From positions 224,001 through 288,000 of the forward strand of contig CAVPIW010000014.1 in NCBI GenBank assembly GCA_963705105.1: a DNA stretch of 64,000 nucleotides, given 5' to 3'. This document shows, one piece after another, positions 61,041 to 64,000 of the stretch (the stretch's first letter is position 1; each line of letters opens with the position of its first letter). Position numbers and translations under genes: made by a program. The DNA comes from an uncultured Nitrospiraceae bacterium (GTDB taxonomy: Bacteria > Nitrospirota > Thermodesulfovibrionia > Thermodesulfovibrionales > Dissulfurispiraceae). A model generated the notes under the pieces. It did no database searches. It worked only from the letters and a program-made list of their open reading frames with translations, and was not told the DNA's origin.

Positions 61041-64000
61041 TCAGCGGCCCGGAAACGTCACATGAAAGGCGGTACCCTGTCCCCGCTCCACGCTGAGGGC
61101 GCCTTTTAACTGCGTGACCAGAACGCGCACCAGTTGCAGACCAAGGGTGGACGTGTGATCCAAATCCAGGCTGTCGGGCAGCCCCACTCCGTCGTCAGCC
61201 ACGATGAGGGACAGGCGATCGTCGGCGTCCCGATGCAATTCCACAGTGACACTGCCTGAGCGTCCTTCGGGAAAGGCGTGCTCGATCGCGTTGGAAACCA
61301 GTTCATTGACGATCAATCCGCAGGGAACGGCCTGGTCAAGGCCGAGTTCGACGGCGGCGGCACGGCAATCCAGCCTTACCCGGCGCGGGTCCGCGCCGAA
61401 GGCGTGGACCAGATGGGCGCTTAAATCCTCGATGTAAGCGGCGAAATTGATCCGGGCCAGGCTCTCTGACCGATAGAGCATTTCGTGGAGCATCGCCATC
61501 GAGCGCACGCGGTTCTGAGTGTCCTGCAGGGCGGTGAGCGCAGGCAGGTTTTTTTCCTGGTCCGCCTGCAGGTTAAGCAGGCTGCTGACGATCTGCAGGT
61601 TGTTCTTTACGCGGTGATGGATTTCCTTGAGCAAGACGGTTTTCTCTTCGAGCGACGCGCGCAGGGCGTCCTCTGCCGTCCTGCGCCCGGTGATGTCGAT
61701 CCAACACCCTATCATCTCCGTCGTTCTGCCCGAGGCGTCACGTAACAGCCGAAGCTCATCGCGCATCCACCGGTAGGTTCCGTCCTGATGTAGAAACCTG
61801 TATTCATGGACGTGGACATTGCCCGTAAACAGGGTTTCCACACCACTGAGTACCTTCTCCCTGTCATCGGGGTGGATATGATTCAGCCAGAAGGCGGGGT
61901 CCTCAAGAAATGCGCTTGCAGGATACCCCAACAGCGATTGTACGTTCCCGGAAACGAAGGTTGCAGCGTAATCCCCGGAAGGGCGGCATGTGTAAATCAC
62001 CGCCGGGGTGCCGGTGAGCAGGAAATTGAGCCGCTGCTCCCGTTCCTGCAACTTCACCTCCGCCCGCTTGCGCTCGGTGATGTCGGTGTGGGTACCGATC
62101 AGTCGGACTGCCCTGCCGGCGCGGTCCCGGGCCACGGCCTTTCCACGGCCCAAGATCCACCGCCACTCGCCGTTCCTGGCCTCCATGCGGAACTCGACTT
62201 CGAAATCATCACGACGATTCTCGATGCAGTCCACGTTGGCCTCGAGGGTCGCGCCCTTGTCTTCGGGGTGGATGAGGTCCTTCCAGGAATTCACGTGCCC
62301 CGGGACCTCACCGGGTGTGTAGCCGAGCATCGCGGCGTAGCCCGGACTGTAATAAACCTCGTCGGTAGTCACATTCCAATCCCAGAGGCCGTCGCGGCTC
62401 GCTTCCATCGCCAACCGGAAGCGCTCCTCGCTCTCGCGCAGCGCCTCTTCCGCCTGCTTACGCACGGTGATGTCGCGGTCCATGCCGCGGTAACCGCGGA
62501 ACTCGCCTTTGGGGCCGAAGAGGGGGACGCCGCTGCTTTCCAAAAATATCGGTCTGCCGTTTTTGTGCAAGTTGGTGTTCTCCAGGGCCGTGAACGGCAG
62601 CCGTTTGGCCGCTATTTCCCGGAATTGACTCTCCAATCGCCGGGCCTCGGGCACCGGCATGAGATCGAAGGGGGTTCGCCCGATTACCTCCTCAGGCGCA
62701 TACCCGAGAAGGTCCAGCACCTTCTCGCTCGCATACACATAGCGAGCCTCCGCATCAATTTCCCAAATCCAGTCGGACGTCGTCTCGACCAGGCTGCGGT
62801 AACGCTCTTCACTCTCCCTCAGCTCGGCTTCCGCCCGCTTGCGTTCGGTGATATCCTGCACCATGCCCACGGACCGGACGATGGAGCCCCCGGCGTCCTT
62901 GACATGCTCGCATTTCTCAAGGACGAAACGGATCTCACCGTTGTCGCCGCGGACAAGGCGGTGCTCTATCTCATAGGTGTCACGGCCTTCACGCACCGAT
63001 TCCGAGTAGGCGGAGTCTACAGCATCGCGGTCGTCCGGATGCACCGCTTCGAGGAAAGATTCGACCGAAGGATTGAACACCCCCGGAAGCACCCCGAATA
63101 TCCGGTATACTTCCTGAGACCAGGTCAGCCTGTTGTCGACGAGGTCCAGTTCCCAGCTCCCGATATGTCCGATCTCCTGCGACTTGCTCAGCAGGGCCTC
63201 GCCGTTCCTCAGTTCGGACACATACTGCTTCAGGTCTTGCCGCATCTTGTCGATGGACGCTGCGAGGAGATCCAGCTCACGGGTACCCGCCTGCCCCAGG
63301 GAAACGTCGAAATCGCCGGCGGCCAGGCGGCCCGTTGCCTCGGTCAATCTGGCAATGGGTACCGTAAAGGAGCGCGCCAGCACGAAAGAGAACAGAAACG
63401 CTCCGGAGATGACAGCCAGGCCGATTCCGGCGGAGGTCATGACGGTCCTGCGGATCATGGCGTTGCGTTCCGACAACTGCACGCTGGCGCCCATCATGTA
63501 TGTTCGTCCCAGGGCATCCTTTCGGGGAATCAGCACCATTCTCCCCTCCCCCCACTCATTGTGAAAGGTGGAGAAAGTGGGTGTTAATCCCGCGCGCATC
63601 GCCGGCGCAAAAGCGGTAGGGTCCCGGTGATTCTCGAAAAAAGCGGCGCATGGCGACGCCGGATCCCTGAGATCGGAGTGTGTGGCGGATGTGAAAACAA
63701 ACCGGTTGTCGACGAGAAGGACGCTCCAGAGATACTGCAGATTCAGACGCCGGCAGAGATCGTCGTTTCTTGCGACGATCCGACGGTACTGCTCTTCGGA
63801 GACGGATGTCTCATCGACAAGGCTATCATGATAGTCGGGACCAAGCAGCTCCCGGGTCAACTCGGCCGCCGTCAGCAGTCTGGAATCCTCAAGGCTGACA
63901 AGATCGTTCGTGCGGTAATGCACGAGGAGAATGGTGAAAATGGCGGAGGTGGTCAGCGCAACCATTGAAATGATGAACATCAACGAGAACATGACGCTGC
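61041..64000 (-). CDS. Membrane sensor histidine kinase: periplasmic domain, HAMP, four PAS/PAC, HisKA_2, HATPase (probably 5'-partial)
   Basis: Four 'DIT.R' PAC ends; '[14 protein letters not shown]', '[12 protein letters not shown]', 'DDGVG', 'TLGL'. Confidence 0.93.
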   Translation of the reverse strand, partial: SVMFSLMFIISMVALTTSAIFTILLVHYRTNDLVSLEDSRLLTAAELTRELLGPDYHDSLVDETSVSEEQYRRIVARNDDLCRRLNLQYLWSVLLVDNRFVFTSATHSDLRDPASPCAAFFENHRDPTAFAPAMRAGLTPTFSTFHNEWGEGRMVLIPRKDALGRTYMMGASVQLSERNAMIRRTVMTSAGIGLAVISGAFLFSFVLARSFTVPIARLTEATGRLAAGDFDVSLGQAGTRELDLLAASIDKMRQDLKQYVSELRNGEALLSKSQEIGHIGSWELDLVDNRLTWSQEVYRIFGVLPGVFNPSVESFLEAVHPDDRDAVDSAYSESVREGRDTYEIEHRLVRGDNGEIRFVLEKCEHVKDAGGSIVRSVGMVQDITERKRAEAELRESEERYRSLVETTSDWIWEIDAEARYVYASEKVLDLLGYAPEEVIGRTPFDLMPVPEARRLESQFREIAAKRLPFTALENTNLHKNGRPIFLESSGVPLFGPKGEFRGYRGMDRDITVRKQAEEALRESEERFRLAMEASRDGLWDWNVTTDEVYYSPGYAAMLGYTPGEVPGHVNSWKDLIHPEDKGATLEANVDCIENRRDDFEVEFRMEARNGEWRWILGRGKAVARDRAGRAVRLIGTHTDITERKRAEVKLQEREQRLNFLLTGTPAVIYTCRPSGDYAATFVSGNVQSLLGYPASAFLEDPAFWLNHIHPDDREKVLSGVETLFTGNVHVHEYRFLHQDGTYRWMRDELRLLRDASGRTTEMIGCWIDITGRRTAEDALRASLEEKTVLLKEIHHRVKNNLQIVSSLLNLQADQEKNLPALTALQDTQNRVRSMAMLHEMLYRSESLARINFAAYIEDLSAHLVHAFGADPRRVRLDCRAAAVELGLDQAVPCGLIVNELVSNAIEHAFPEGRSGSVTVELHRDADDRLSLIVADDGVGLPDSLDLDHTSTLGLQLVRVLVTQLKGALSVERGQGTAFHVTFPGR

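Overview
A GC-rich bacterial window whose gene content suggests Nitrospirota or Desulfobacterota (inference). It has five blocks. (1) 1-10.5 kb: two secreted or surface proteins, one a ~3000-aa Ig-like/glycine-rich giant with a near-identical 1.6-kb internal repeat. (2) 10.7-24 kb: a type II secretion cluster, gspC-D-[CPBP protease]-E-F-G-H-I-J-K-L-M-N. Its secretin carries an unusual C-terminal subtilase-propeptide-like domain, and its gene junctions are repeatedly occupied by a ~220-290 bp MITE-like palindromic family, about 12 copies in the window, some nested. (3) 24.7-44.4 kb: Ap4A phosphorylase, a heavy-metal RND efflux operon with a His-rich leader ORF, and a chromate-resistance-like cluster (chrB, PEP-dikinase-like/lectin fusion, ChrF-rhodanese, chrA, HD, MFS). 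(4) 44.2-60.3 kb: a ~16-kb defence island bracketed by a duplicated 3' end of the MFS gene. It holds a DUF433/PIN TA pair, a PLD-SNF2 helicase, an Eco57I/type IIG-like methyltransferase split by an IS3, a tightly linked UG/Abi-class reverse transcriptase, a Schlafen/AlbA_2-ATPase gene and an integrase+IS91 element. (5) A small ORF and a multi-PAS histidine kinase. The best candidate for an undescribed system is the helicase-MTase-RT(-Schlafen) operon; next are the secretin-propeptide/CPBP T2SS variant and the MITE family that appears to supply the start of gspI. Family names come from motif recognition only; no database searches were run.
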